45,149 nt of DNA from Verrucomicrobiia bacterium (GTDB lineage: Bacteria > Verrucomicrobiota > Verrucomicrobiia > JAWXBN01), in NCBI GenBank assembly GCA_033764445.1, contig JANRIZ010000013.1, positions 1 through 45,149 on the forward strand, in the 5' to 3' direction. A program made the position numbers and the translations under genes. Shown here in pieces: positions 1 through 10,262 of this stretch (position 1 is its first letter; every line of letters begins with the position of its first letter). A model generated the notes under the pieces. The model ran no database searches. It was not told where the DNA came from and was given only the letters and a program-made list of their open reading frames with translations.

Positions 1-3000
1 CGGCAAAAGTCAGGTTGTTGGTGGTGATGTTCACATTGCCCGCCAGACGCAGTTCCCCGCTGTTGGCAAACCAGGTCTGGGCCCCGTTGCTCAAAATCAG
101 ATTGTTGCTGATGGTCTGGAAACTCGTGCTGTTCTGCACAATCCCCGTGCCGAGAAACCCGTTCATCGTAATGGCACTGCCGGTCAGATAATAATTGGTG
201 GTCACGGAATTGCTGAAAGTCAGGTTGCGGATATACCAGGCGGTGTTGACGACACTGTTGGTCCGCAGATTGGGGGTGGTGGCAAACACCACGCGCGCCG
301 TGCCGACATTGGTCGGGGACCGGTTTCCGACCCAGTTGTCGGCCGTTCCCCAGTTGTTATCCGTACCGCCACCGTCCCAGATCGAAAAGAAACCGACGTT
401 GGTGACCACGACATTGTTGCCGATGTTTGTGACCGTGCCAAACGAGGCGGACCCCAGCCAGTTGATCGTCCCCCAAGTCCCCCCGGGGGTGGCATCGGTC
501 TGGAAGATGACAAAACCCGTCGTGTCCAGCGGCTCGTAGTCAAATTGAAGGTTCAGGGACCCGCCGGCGGTCAGGGTGCCGAAAACCCGGTTGGAATCAA
601 ACAGCGAGGCACTGGAAAACTGAAAGAGTGAGGTGGAGCCCGACCCCATCCAGAGGCTGTCGGAAAAGGTCATGGAGCCGTACGTACTGACCGTGTTGTC
701 CTGGGTGGTCCCGGCGGAAATCACCCCATTGTTGGTGATCGCCCCGGAGGCCACGTCCACGGTGCCGTTGGTTCCAAAGAGGGTCCCGTTGGCGGCGACA
801 GTCAGTCCGTTGGTGAAACGATGGGTGCCGCCCATCATTCCCAGGGCCGCCGTCTGGGTGCCATCGCCGACGGTGTAAAGGGTCGTATTGTAGATGGTCC
901 CGTTGGTGCCGATGACCAGGGTGCCCCCGCCATGCTCCACATAGTTGGTCGGACGCACATGCAGGCTGCGGGCCGAGACATAGGCGCCACTTTGCAGCCG
1001 CAGCACCCCGTTGGTGTTGTCAGAATCGAAAGTATCTCTTCCCACGTTCAGGGCGTTGACATTGGTCATCGATGCCCCGTTGAGAACCGACAGGATGTTC
1101 GAGCGGGTCCCCCCGACCAGGGAACCCGAATTTCCGACCTGCACATTGCCCCCGCCGTTGTTCCAAACCGTCGAGGCCCCGTCCACCAGCACAAGATTGG
1201 AGCGGCTCTGACCGTAACCGATGGTCAGGCTTGTGGCATGCATGATTGCACCGTTGGAAAGCACAAGGCTGTTCCGGCTGGCGGCATCACGCCCCACCTC
1301 AACGGATGTGTTGGTAAAAACAGCCGAATCCGCAATGACCACCCGGTTGCTGTTGGGAAAGTAGTTGTTGAGCAGGCCGTACCCAACGGCCAGGACGCCC
1401 CCGGAATTGTCAAACACACTGCCGCTGCCGGCCACATACAGAAGGTTGGATTCCGAGGGTTGCTCGCCGACGGTGATTCCCACCGTCTTGTATTTGCCCC
1501 CATTGGTCACATAGAGGGTATTGTATCCGCCGAAAAAGTACCCGAGTTTTGTAAAACCGGAATTGGTAAAGGCCGCCCCATTGGCGACGGTCACCGTATT
1601 GGACAGGGCATGACTTGTGGAGAGACCCGATCCCACGTAGAAATTCCCGGTATTGCTCAGAAAAGTCCCCGTATTGAGAAGGGTCAGACGGGCATATTGT
1701 GAACTTTCCTTTCCAAGAAGCAGATCATTGGTTGAATAAATCCGGGCACCGTTGGTCGCAAGAAGTTCGGTTCCCACATCGTTTCCGAACCCGACGGTCA
1801 GGGTGTTGATGTTGCTGAGGGTGGCTGCATTGACAACAACCCGATTGCTCAGGGATACAGAGCCATCCGAATTGAATTTATGGCCGATATTCAAAAAGTT
1901 GTTCTGAAAATTGAACAGCGTCGTGCTGCCCTCCACCTGCAGGAGGTTGTAATCCGAGCGGTACCCGACCCGGACCCCCGAGGCCTGCACCAGCGCCCCG
2001 TTGCTCACGTACATGGAGTTGCTGACGGTATTGATCTCATATCCCACCCTCAGTTCCACCACATTGGTCAGGCGGCTGTTGTCGACAACCAGCACATTGC
2101 GCCCGTTTGCCGTATCCAACAGGTCAATCCATCCCACCGCCACGGTGCTTCCCCCGGCGTTCCAGGTCGAACCGCCCCGGAGAATGACGGCATTGCTGTA
2201 AAATCCGCGTGCTCCGATGTACAAACCGGTCGATTTGCCCACTGCACCATTGTCCAAAAGCAGCAGGTTCGAGGAACTGCCCGGCGAGCCCAGAAGATGA
2301 CTGCCCACCCACACGCCATTTTGATTGGAAAACACGGAGCCAGAGCCGGTCACCACCACCTTGTTGCTGCCGATGCTCGACCCGATATCCGTCCGGTTGA
2401 CGGCCACGACGCCTCCATTGCTCAAAAACAGGGACCCGCGGCTGTTGAGCAGGACATTGTCGTTCCAGTGCGTGATGGACCCCCCGTTGGTGACCACAAA
2501 GTTGGAATTGCTCACGATGGTGGAATAGGTGTTGAGCCCACCGTTCTGCCCCCAGTTGCCGGCACCCCGGATCACCAGAGTGCCATTGGTCGCACCGGTG
2601 ACCGTCAATGGAAGCGTATTCCCAAAAGCCACGTTGCTCAGAATCAGCATACCAGCATTCATCTGCCACGTCTGGGCTACGGAAAATCCAATCGGGGAAT
2701 TGATCGCCTGGGTGTTGGTGCTGTTATTGATGATGCCTCCCGAGCCGATCGTCAGATAAAAGGGCCCCCCTGAAGAATTGGTGGTCAGAAACGAACCGGC
2801 ATTGTTGCTGTAGGTCAGGGAATTGATGGACCAGTCAGCCCCGTGTGCATTGGTTCTTTGAACGGTCCCTGCAAATATGAAATTGGCGGTGCCATCATTG
2901 TTGGGCGCCACGTCCCCCACCCAGTTTCCGGCGGTCCCCAAAAAATTATCCGCACCGCCGCCGTCCCACGTTCCGGCAATGATTAAAACAGGGAAAAACC

Positions 3001-3095
3001 CAAAAAAGGAGGTCAACAGACACAGAAAAACAAAGGTCGCCAGTCTCCATTGATGAAGTGTGCGGGTCTGATTTTGATGGGTGCTTTTGTTCATG
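1..3095 (-). CDS. Large secreted autotransporter-associated beta-strand repeat (PATR-type) protein, 5' part; the gene continues beyond the window start (more than 1030 aa visible)
   Basis: Reverse-strand translation from ATG at 3095: MIMNKSTHQNQTRTLHQWRLATFVFLCLLTSFF... gives a signal-peptide-like N-terminus. A 'TWDGGG..NF...NW..' motif follows and recurs later as 'WDGGGTDNNWGTADNWVGN'. Hundreds of residues of G/S/T/N-rich 'VxNGGxL' beta-strand repeats are typical of PATR / pectate-lyase-like passenger domains. The reading frame is open to position 1. The supplied ORF track lists only spurious plus-strand ORFs here. Confidence 0.75.
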
Positions 3096-3256
3096 ATCAT
3101 GAACCTAAAAAATGAAAATTTCCGCCCAGCTCCGAATTTGCGCCGAAAAAAAGGCAATCATTCATGCACATCCAAACAAAATGTGTGCGTACTCTTGTGA
3201 GCTTAAAATTTATTAATCCGTATAATTGGAATTCGGCCTTATATTCTTCATGAAAC

Positions 3257-3272
3257 CATACGTTTTCGTATG
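3257..3272. promoter_or_regulatory. Perfect 6-4-6 palindrome 'catacgttttcgtatg' in an AT-rich intergenic region; candidate operator
   Basis: Read directly from the sequence. It lies in the 246-bp AT-rich spacer between the GntR/AraR-type regulator gene and the start of the PATR gene, both on the minus strand. AraR/GntR-type regulators bind short palindromes containing a TACG/CGTA core. Confidence 0.25.
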
Positions 3273-3341
3273 TTCAATGAAGACTGTATACACAGCATAG
3301 AGATCAAGGTCAACCAATTATTATAAAAAAAATTGCCCTGC

Positions 3342-4457
3342 TTATAATCCGATCACATGCGGCAGCAGCAGTTCAGGCTCCGGCCTCTCATTTCCAGATT
3401 TAATCCCTTGCAAAAGAGAAATCATCCTTGATGCGATTTTACCTATCTCTATCTCAAGACGAATGATATAAGGATTATAATGAGAAATAATTGGTGACCC
3501 CTCATTGGAATGTGTCATCACTTTAAGTTCCTCCCTCCATCGAGGCCACACAACATTCAGCCTGTCCAATACACCACTGGCCAATACATCGTCAGTGATC
3601 AGGAGTCCATCCGGATAATCTTCCCGCCCGAATTCTTTGAGAATTGAATCCACGTAGTCCGCCCCGCGCTGATAAAAACTTTTCTCCAGAATCTCTCGGA
3701 TATCCACCCCCTGGGAATCACAGACAAGTCTGGGATCGGTATCGAGGCCTAATTGATGGACCCGCTCAAAATAATCCCTATTGTATCCGTCAGCGGGTTC
3801 GACCCCGGAAAGGTTCCGTTCAAAGATCGCCGTAATCAACCCCACCCTCCGGCAGCCCATCTGCCTGAATGCCTTCAACCCTTCAAAGATCATTCCCGGA
3901 AAGTCCAAAAAAACCGAGCCGTAATCCCCGGTCATTTGTCCAAAATACACCGTGGGGATCCCCCGGTTGCGGATCGAAAGCATGAAGGCCGGATCGACCA
4001 CCTGCCCGAAAAGCACGGAGGAAATATTCCCCCGCTCCAGCCCCTCGATCAGGGCCAGATGATGAAAATTCGGATTCTCCGGGTTTTTATAATCGGGCAC
4101 CTCCAGAAAATAGTGTGTGGGAATCCCCAGGCTCCGGGTCTGTTCCTGAAGATGCATCAGCAAAAGCCGGTAAAACGGACTGGTCGCGGGATGCAAAACC
4201 TCGGACCCGAAAACCAACGCGGTGTAGTTTTTCCGGGCCGCCTCGGCGATAAAAATTCCACGTCCGTGCCGCACATCGATCCACCGGGCCATCCGCAGTT
4301 CCTGCATCACACGGTCGATGGTCGGGCGTGTCACGGAATACATCTGTTCCATCTCACGGATGCTCGGCAGCTGCTCCCCGACCTTCCCTGCCTGAATCCG
4401 CTCCAGCAGCAGCCGCTTTAACATCACAAACTTGGGTTCGACTTTTCGATTCGGCAT
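3342..4457 (-). CDS. Transcriptional regulator with an N-terminal GntR-family winged HTH and a C-terminal LacI/periplasmic-binding-protein-like sugar-binding domain (AraR-type architecture)
   Basis: The 371-aa ORF carries an N-terminal GntR-type motif, 'LPSIREMEQMYSVTRPTIDRVMQELRMARWIDVRHGRGIFIA'. The C-terminal about 270 aa resembles the LacI-family ligand-binding fold, for example 'VGLITAIFERN', 'LLITDDVLASGVLDRL'. Confidence 0.8.
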   Translation of the reverse strand: MPNRKVEPKFVMLKRLLLERIQAGKVGEQLPSIREMEQMYSVTRPTIDRVMQELRMARWIDVRHGRGIFIAEAARKNYTALVFGSEVLHPATSPFYRLLLMHLQEQTRSLGIPTHYFLEVPDYKNPENPNFHHLALIEGLERGNISSVLFGQVVDPAFMLSIRNRGIPTVYFGQMTGDYGSVFLDFPGMIFEGLKAFRQMGCRRVGLITAIFERNLSGVEPADGYNRDYFERVHQLGLDTDPRLVCDSQGVDIREILEKSFYQRGADYVDSILKEFGREDYPDGLLITDDVLASGVLDRLNVVWPRWREELKVMTHSNEGSPIISHYNPYIIRLEIEIGKIASRMISLLQGIKSGNERPEPELLLPHVIGL

Positions 4458-4624
4458 CGGGCCACTCTAACGGGAGATCCCCCCATGGCAATCCGCAACA
4501 AACGACCCCTCCCAAAGTTTCACGGCACCACTCGGTTTTTTACGTTTTTTCCAAACAACTTTTCTCGCCAGTCTCTGTTCATTCGCTTACGTTCATCCAC
4601 GAACCTCTCCCCAAAAATACAACT

Positions 4625-5611
4625 ATGAGCAACATCCAATCCATCAACGAAAACGTGCAACGTGCCTCCTCCTGGGTCCGGCCTCTCCAACAGGAAATGG
4701 GCCGGGTCATCATCGGCCAGAAATACCTGGTGGATCGGCTCATCGTCGGTTTGGTCACCGGCGGCCACATTCTCCTGGAAGGCGTGCCAGGCCTGGCCAA
4801 AACCCTGGCCATGAAAACCCTGGCCCAGGCGGTCGAGGCAAAATTCCAGCGCATCCAATTCACCCCGGACATGCTCCCGGCGGATATCGTCGGAACTCTC
4901 ATCTACAACCCGCGCGAGGGTTCCTTCACCACCAAATTCGGACCGGTCTTCACAAACTTCGTCCTGGCCGACGAAATCAACCGCGCCCCGGCCAAGGTCC
5001 AAAGCGCCCTGCTGGAAGCCATGCAGGAAAAACAGGTGACCATCGGACAGGAAACCTACGGGCTCCCCCAACCCTTTCTCGTCCTCGCCACCCAGAACCC
5101 GATCGAGCAGGAGGGGACCTACCCGCTGCCCGAGGCCCAGGTGGACCGCTTCATGCTCAAACTGCGCATCGGTTATCCCACGCGCCTGGAGGAACGCTCG
5201 ATTCTCGACCTCGCCGCCACCACGGCCCCGCTCCCGGTCATCAATCCTGTCATCGACACCTCCCATATCCTCGATTCAAAAGAGGTCATCAATTCCATCT
5301 ACATCGATGACAAGGTCAAGGACTACATCGTCGATCTGGTCTGGGCCACCCGGGACCCCCAGGCCTACAAAATCAATCTCAGTGGCTACATCCAGTACGG
5401 CGCCAGTCCGCGTGCCACCATCGCCCTGACCCTGGCCTCCAAGGCCTGGGCCTTCATCCAGGGCCGCGGTTATGTCACGCCCCAGGATATCAAATCCATC
5501 GGCATGGATGTCCTCCGCCATCGTGTGGCGGTCAGTTACGAGGCGGAGGCGGAAAATCTCACCAGCGAGGATGTGGTCCAGCGCATCTTTGACACGCTGC
5601 CTGTCCCCTAG
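4625..5611 (+). CDS. moxR: MoxR-family AAA+ ATPase, first gene of the Bat operon
   Basis: MSNIQSINENVQRA...IIGQKYLVDRLIVGLVTGGHILLEGVPGLAKT (Walker A), LADEINRAPAKVQSALLEAMQE (Walker B region), QNPIEQEGTYPLPEAQVDRF (sensor). The true start lies inside the longer track ORF 4328..5611. Confidence 0.9.
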   Translation: MSNIQSINENVQRASSWVRPLQQEMGRVIIGQKYLVDRLIVGLVTGGHILLEGVPGLAKTLAMKTLAQAVEAKFQRIQFTPDMLPADIVGTLIYNPREGSFTTKFGPVFTNFVLADEINRAPAKVQSALLEAMQEKQVTIGQETYGLPQPFLVLATQNPIEQEGTYPLPEAQVDRFMLKLRIGYPTRLEERSILDLAATTAPLPVINPVIDTSHILDSKEVINSIYIDDKVKDYIVDLVWATRDPQAYKINLSGYIQYGASPRATIALTLASKAWAFIQGRGYVTPQDIKSIGMDVLRHRVAVSYEAEAENLTSEDVVQRIFDTLPVP

Positions 5612-5654
5612 TCGCGTCCCTCCCTCCGCCCCCTTCCCAACCTGCCGACCTCCC

Positions 5655-6545
5655 ATGCCCGCCGCCGATTACACCAGGGAAATCCTTAAAAAGGTGCGCC
5701 AGATCGAAATCCGCACCCGCCGCCTGGTCACCGACTCGCTGACCGGCCAGTACCATTCGGTCTTCAAGGGCCGCGGCATGGACTTTGACGAGGTCCGCGA
5801 ATACTCCCCGGGCGACGAGGTGCGGACGATCGATTGGAATGTCACGGCCCGCACGGGTCACCCGTTCGTCAAAAAATTCACGGAGGAACGGGAACTGACG
5901 ATCCTCCTGCTCGTCGATCTGAGCGCTTCGGGCCACTTCGGCTCCCATCGGCAAAGCAAACGGGAAATGGCGGCGGAACTGGCCAGTGTCCTGGCCTTCT
6001 CGGCCATCCGCAACAACGACAAGGTGGGGCTGATCCTCTTCACCGACGAGGTCGAAAAATACATCCCACCCCAAAAGGGCCGCCGCCATGTCCTGCGGGT
6101 CATCCGGGAAATTCTCTTCTTCAATCCGGCCCGCCGGGGCACACGGATCGCCCGGGCCCTGCAGTTCATGAATCAGGTGACCCACCGCCGCGCGGTCACG
6201 TTCCTGGTCTCGGACTTCTTCGACAAAAATTACGAACGCGAAATCAAGCTCACGGCCCGCAAACACGATCTGGTCGGCGTGGCCATCTCCGACCCCAACG
6301 AAAACGCCCTCCCGAATATCGGCACGCTGACCATTGAGGATTCGGAAACGGGCGAACAGTTTGAGGTCGACTCCTCCAACAAATCGGTCCGGGACAGGTT
6401 CCAGGCGCTTTCCTCCGAACGCCGCGAAAATCTCCGCCGGTCGATGCTCGCCTCGGGCGTGGACTTTCTGGAACTGAGCACGGGTGAACCCTACATGCCG
6501 GTGGTGGTCCGGTTCTTCGACAAACGCATCCTCCGACGCAAATGA
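5655..6545 (+). CDS. DUF58 protein (partner of MoxR)
   Basis: MPAADYTREILKKVRQIEIRTRRLVTDSLTGQYHSVFKGRGMDFDEVREYSPGDEVRTIDWNVTAR... is the canonical DUF58 N-terminus. It follows moxR after a 43-bp gap. The start was chosen inside track ORF 5472..6545. Confidence 0.85.
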   Translation: MPAADYTREILKKVRQIEIRTRRLVTDSLTGQYHSVFKGRGMDFDEVREYSPGDEVRTIDWNVTARTGHPFVKKFTEERELTILLLVDLSASGHFGSHRQSKREMAAELASVLAFSAIRNNDKVGLILFTDEVEKYIPPQKGRRHVLRVIREILFFNPARRGTRIARALQFMNQVTHRRAVTFLVSDFFDKNYEREIKLTARKHDLVGVAISDPNENALPNIGTLTIEDSETGEQFEVDSSNKSVRDRFQALSSERRENLRRSMLASGVDFLELSTGEPYMPVVVRFFDKRILRRK

Positions 6546-7210
6546 AATTTTCCTCCCCCATTCTCACCCTGCTCTGCCTCTTCCTGCTGGCCTCAACGGC
6601 CTTTCCGGCGGACCAGAATGCGCCGGTCCGGAACGCCCCGCAGTTCAACCCCTCCCCCGCCTCTCCGACGGCACCCCCGGCGCCGGCAGAGGAGGACATC
6701 CGTGACATTCGCGGCCCCATCCACTTGGCCGACCCCTGGCTCCTCGCACTCGCGGCACTGGGGGTTGTCGCGGTGCTGGTCCTGCTTTTCCTTCTGATCC
6801 GCTGGATCCTCCGGCGCCGTCAACCCACGGTGGTTCTGCCCCCGCACGAACGCGCCCTGCTCCGGCTCCGGGGGGCGGAACATCTGATCCTCGAAAACAA
6901 ACCGAAGGACTACTGCACGGAGGTCTCCGAAACGGTCCGTCTCTACATCGAGGAACGGTTCGGGGTGCGGGCGGCCCACGAGACTACGGAGGAATTTCTC
7001 AATGAAATCCTCCAGAAATCCGATTCGCCCCTGGCCCGCTACAACGACCTGCTGGGTGACTTCCTGGCTCTCTGCGATCTCGTCAAATTTGCCAACCTCG
7101 CCTCCGGCCAGGAACAAATGCGCTTCCTCCAGGAGGGGGCTGTGAATTTTGTCCGTCAGACAGTGCCCCAACCAAACCCCCAACCGGCGACCGGCCCCCG
7201 ACCTGCATGA
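6542..7210 (+). CDS. DUF4381-like membrane protein of the Bat operon (signal peptide, Pro-rich segment, one TM)
   Basis: Its ATGA start overlaps the DUF58 stop. It has an N-terminal signal sequence and the TM helix 'LLALAALGVVAVLVLLFLLIRWILRRR'. Its position between DUF58 and batA matches the canonical operon. Confidence 0.7.
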   Translation: MKFSSPILTLLCLFLLASTAFPADQNAPVRNAPQFNPSPASPTAPPAPAEEDIRDIRGPIHLADPWLLALAALGVVAVLVLLFLLIRWILRRRQPTVVLPPHERALLRLRGAEHLILENKPKDYCTEVSETVRLYIEERFGVRAAHETTEEFLNEILQKSDSPLARYNDLLGDFLALCDLVKFANLASGQEQMRFLQEGAVNFVRQTVPQPNPQPATGPRPA

Positions 7211-8205
7211 CCTTCGCCTACCCCCATCTGCTCTGGCTGCTGGCCCTGCTGCCGGTCCTCGCCTTTCTCAAGGGGCGCAAGGGGCAGTCCGCCTCGGTCC
7301 AGTATTCCAGCGGCGAAATTCTCAAATCCCTCTCGCTCCAGCGCAAAGCCCGGGCGGGTCTCTTCCTCGCCTCCCTCCGGTTCCTCGCCCTGGCTCTCAT
7401 GATTGTGGCCCTGGCCCGGCCCCAGATCGGCAGGGGGAACACGGAAATCACCGCCAGCGGCATTGATATCGTCCTGGCCCTGGATGTCTCGGGCTCCATG
7501 CAGGCGGAGGATGTCACGCTCCATGGCCAGCCGGTCACACGCATGCGGGCGGTCAAAACCATGACACGGAAGTTCATCGACTCGAGGCCCGGAGACCGCA
7601 TCGGTCTGGTCGTCTTTGCGGGCCAGCCCTACCTGGTCAGTCCCCTGACGCTCGACCACGACTGGCTTCAGATGAACCTCGACCGGATCGAGGTCGGCAT
7701 GGTCGCCATCGATGGAACGGCCATCGGCTCGGGGCTGGCGGCCAGTGTCAACCGTCTCCGTGATCAGCCGGCCAAAAGCAAGGTCGTCGTCCTCCTCACC
7801 GACGGGGCCAACAACGCGGGCAAGGTCACCCCGGAAATTGCGGCGGAGGCGGCCAAGGCGCTGGGAATCAAAGTCTACACGATCTGCTTCGGATCGGGCG
7901 GGGAAATCATGGTCCGCGTCAAAAACCGCATGGGTTTTGACCAGATGGTCCCGATGCAGGCGGACATCGATGAGGCGACTCTCGAAAAAATCGCCGCGCT
8001 CACGGGTGGGAAGTTTTTCCGGGCGACGGATTCGGACGCACTGGAAAATGTCTTCAAGCAGATCGACCAACTGGAAAAGACGGTCGTCAAAATCAAGAAG
8101 TTCGAAACCTATACGGAGTTTTTCCAATGGTTCCTCATCCCGGGTCTTCTGATTCTGGGGCTCGAACTGCTGCTGGCCCACACACTTCTCCGGAGGCTTC
8201 CCTAA
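7207..8205 (+). CDS. batA: BatA: membrane-anchored von Willebrand factor A (VWA) domain protein
   Basis: N-terminal 'YPHLLWLLALLPVLAF', two TM helices, a VWA core 'DIVLALDVSGSM...LLTDGANNAG' and a C-terminal TM. Its ATGA start overlaps the preceding gene. Confidence 0.85.
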   Translation: MTFAYPHLLWLLALLPVLAFLKGRKGQSASVQYSSGEILKSLSLQRKARAGLFLASLRFLALALMIVALARPQIGRGNTEITASGIDIVLALDVSGSMQAEDVTLHGQPVTRMRAVKTMTRKFIDSRPGDRIGLVVFAGQPYLVSPLTLDHDWLQMNLDRIEVGMVAIDGTAIGSGLAASVNRLRDQPAKSKVVVLLTDGANNAGKVTPEIAAEAAKALGIKVYTICFGSGGEIMVRVKNRMGFDQMVPMQADIDEATLEKIAALTGGKFFRATDSDALENVFKQIDQLEKTVVKIKKFETYTEFFQWFLIPGLLILGLELLLAHTLLRRLP

Positions 8206-8206
8206 G

Positions 8207-10249
8207 ATGCAATTCGCGGCTCCTGTCTGGCTGATGGTTCTCCCGGTGGCGGTGGCGCTCACGGCCTGGCTGCTGCACCGTGCGGAAAGGAACCGCCGCA
8301 CGATCCTCTCACGGTTCGCCTCGGATCACCTGCTCGAGGCCCTCACGGCCAATGTCTCCCAGCCCCGCCGTCTCCTCAAACGGGGCCTGCTCCTCTGCGC
8401 CCTGGCCCTGATTTTCATCTCGCTCGCACGCCCCCAATGGGGGTTCCACTGGCAGGAATCCAAACGCCGTGGCATCGACATCATGTTCGCCATCGATACC
8501 TCCCGCAGCATGCTCGCCTCCGACGTCACCCCCGATCGCCTCACCCGCGCCCGGCTGGCGGTCCTCGACCTTCTCAACCGTCTGGGGGGCGACCGCGTGG
8601 GTCTGATCGCCTTCGCGGGCACGGCCTTTCTCCAGTGTCCCATGACCATCGACTACGACGCCTTCCGCCAATCCCTGGAGTCCCTGGACAGTACCACCAT
8701 CCCCAAAGGGGGAACCAATCTGGGCGCGGCCATCAACGAAGCTCTGGCCTCCATGAAGGACAATGATCAAAACCACAAAATCCTGGTCCTGATTACCGAT
8801 GGCGAGGAGTTGGAAGGGGATGCCCTTAACACGGCCCGTCAGGCTGCCAGACGCGGCATGAAAATCTATACCGTGGGCGTGGGAACCCCCAACGGGGAAC
8901 TGATCATGCTTCGCAAGGAGGATGGGGGCACGGAAATGCTCCGGGGTCCGGACGGGCAACCGGTCAAGTCCCGCCTGAATGCGGACCTCCTCTCGAATAT
9001 CGCCCGGGAAACCGGCGGATTCTACCAGCCGCTGGGCCAACAGGGTGAAGGGCTGACGGCGATCTATGACCAGGGTCTTTCCCTGTTGCCCAAACAGGAA
9101 ATCCAAAGCAAAATGAGCCGCGTGTACACGGAACGTTTCATCTGGCCCCTGGGTCTGGCGATTCTGCTCCTGGTCCTGGAATGGATGGTCTCGGACCGCA
9201 AGGGGGCGCTCTTGGCCTGGTATCGCAAACCCCGCCCCGCCGCCCTCCGGGTATTGATTCTCCTGGCGGGTCTGCTCGGTGCGGGACCGCTGGCCGCTTC
9301 TCCGCAATCGGCGGAAAGGGAGTACAAGGCGGGTCAGTACCAGAAAGCGGAGGAGACTTACCGCAAGGAATCCCTGAAAAAACCGGCGGATGCGCGGCTT
9401 CAGTTCAATCTCGGGGCGGCGGCCTTCAAATCGGGCAACTTCCAGTCGGCCTTGGAGGCCTTCCGCAAATCGCTCCAGACGGACAAGGTCGATCTGCAGC
9501 AACAGTCGCTCTACAACATCGGAAACAGTCTCTACCGCCTCGGTCAGCAAACCGAAAAAAACGAACCCAAATCCACCATCACCCAGTGGGAGGAAGCCCT
9601 CAAGTCCTACGAGGGGGCCCTGGCCCTCAACAAGGAGGACGCGGATGCACAATTCAATTACGAGCTGGTCAAAAGAAAACTCGAGGAACTCAAAAAACAG
9701 CAGGATCAAAAACAGCAGCAGCAGCAATCTCAAAAGGACCAACAGGATCAAAAAAAGGACCAGCAAAAACAGAATCAGCAGGACCAACAACAACAGTCCC
9801 CGCAACAGAAGGACCAAAAAGACCAGCATCAGAAGGATCAGAACAGCCCCCAACAGCAGGGCCAGAATCAACAGGGTCAATCCCCCCAGAAACCGGGTCA
9901 GGACCCGCAGTCGCAAAAGCCAGAACCGAAGGATGGAAAAAATCCCCAGGATTCTCCCGGACAGGGCCAGGACGGGAAGGACCGGGAAAAGGAGGGTGCG
10001 GATTCCGGAAAAGACGGCACGAAGGATGCCGGCAACCAACAGGGCCAAAAGCCCGCGGAAGGTCAGCCACAGGGCCCGGACGGCCAACCTCAACCGTCGG
10101 CGGCCCGACCGGGCAACGGGGAAATGACCCGCGAGGAGGCGATTCAACTCCTGAACTCATTGAAAAATTCCGAAAAGAAAATTCCCGCAACCCCGGCAGG
10201 GGTGGTGTCCCCTCAAAAAAAGGACGACGGCACCTTCAAAGACTGGTAA
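8207..10249 (+). CDS. batB: BatB-BatC fusion: VWA domain + TPR repeats + long Q/D/K-rich low-complexity tail
   Basis: VWA: 'DIMFAIDTSRSM...LVLITDGEE'. TPR: 'YKAGQYQKAEETYRKE...FNLGAAAFKSGNFQSALEAFRKSL'. A low-complexity run follows: 'QQDQKQQQQQSQKDQQDQKKDQQKQNQQDQQQQ...'. Confidence 0.8.
   Translation: MQFAAPVWLMVLPVAVALTAWLLHRAERNRRTILSRFASDHLLEALTANVSQPRRLLKRGLLLCALALIFISLARPQWGFHWQESKRRGIDIMFAIDTSRSMLASDVTPDRLTRARLAVLDLLNRLGGDRVGLIAFAGTAFLQCPMTIDYDAFRQSLESLDSTTIPKGGTNLGAAINEALASMKDNDQNHKILVLITDGEELEGDALNTARQAARRGMKIYTVGVGTPNGELIMLRKEDGGTEMLRGPDGQPVKSRLNADLLSNIARETGGFYQPLGQQGEGLTAIYDQGLSLLPKQEIQSKMSRVYTERFIWPLGLAILLLVLEWMVSDRKGALLAWYRKPRPAALRVLILLAGLLGAGPLAASPQSAEREYKAGQYQKAEETYRKESLKKPADARLQFNLGAAAFKSGNFQSALEAFRKSLQTDKVDLQQQSLYNIGNSLYRLGQQTEKNEPKSTITQWEEALKSYEGALALNKEDADAQFNYELVKRKLEELKKQQDQKQQQQQSQKDQQDQKKDQQKQNQQDQQQQSPQQKDQKDQHQKDQNSPQQQGQNQQGQSPQKPGQDPQSQKPEPKDGKNPQDSPGQGQDGKDREKEGADSGKDGTKDAGNQQGQKPAEGQPQGPDGQPQPSAARPGNGEMTREEAIQLLNSLKNSEKKIPATPAGVVSPQKKDDGTFKDW
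9697..10110 (+). repeat. Low-complexity Gln/Asp/Lys/Gly/Pro-rich coding repeat inside the BatB/C gene (about 140 codons)
   Basis: DNA is dominated by reiterated cag/caa/gac/aaa triplets ('caggatcaaaaacagcagcagcagcaa...'). The protein reads QQDQK.../GQNQQGQ.../GQGQDGKD... . Confidence 0.6.
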
Positions 10250-10262
10250 CCTCTCCCCTCCC

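Noticed and set aside
821-2773. Plus-strand ORFs 821..1702 and 1880..2773 (293 and 297 aa)
   Set aside because: They are antisense to the much longer, clearly coding PATR repeat gene on the minus strand. Their products are Gly/Arg/Ala/His-rich with no recognisable motifs. This is typical of spurious reading frames in GC-rich DNA.
4328-4624. Upstream extension of the moxR ORF (track start 4328). Similar extensions occur for DUF58 (5472), rlmI (14829), proB (18853), aroE (14992), rsmI (30481), batE (11714) and the DUF4388 genes.
   Set aside because: The extensions are Pro/Ser/Arg-rich. They run across divergent promoters or through neighbouring genes or the tRNA-Gly gene. Alignment to known family N-termini supports the internal Met starts used here.
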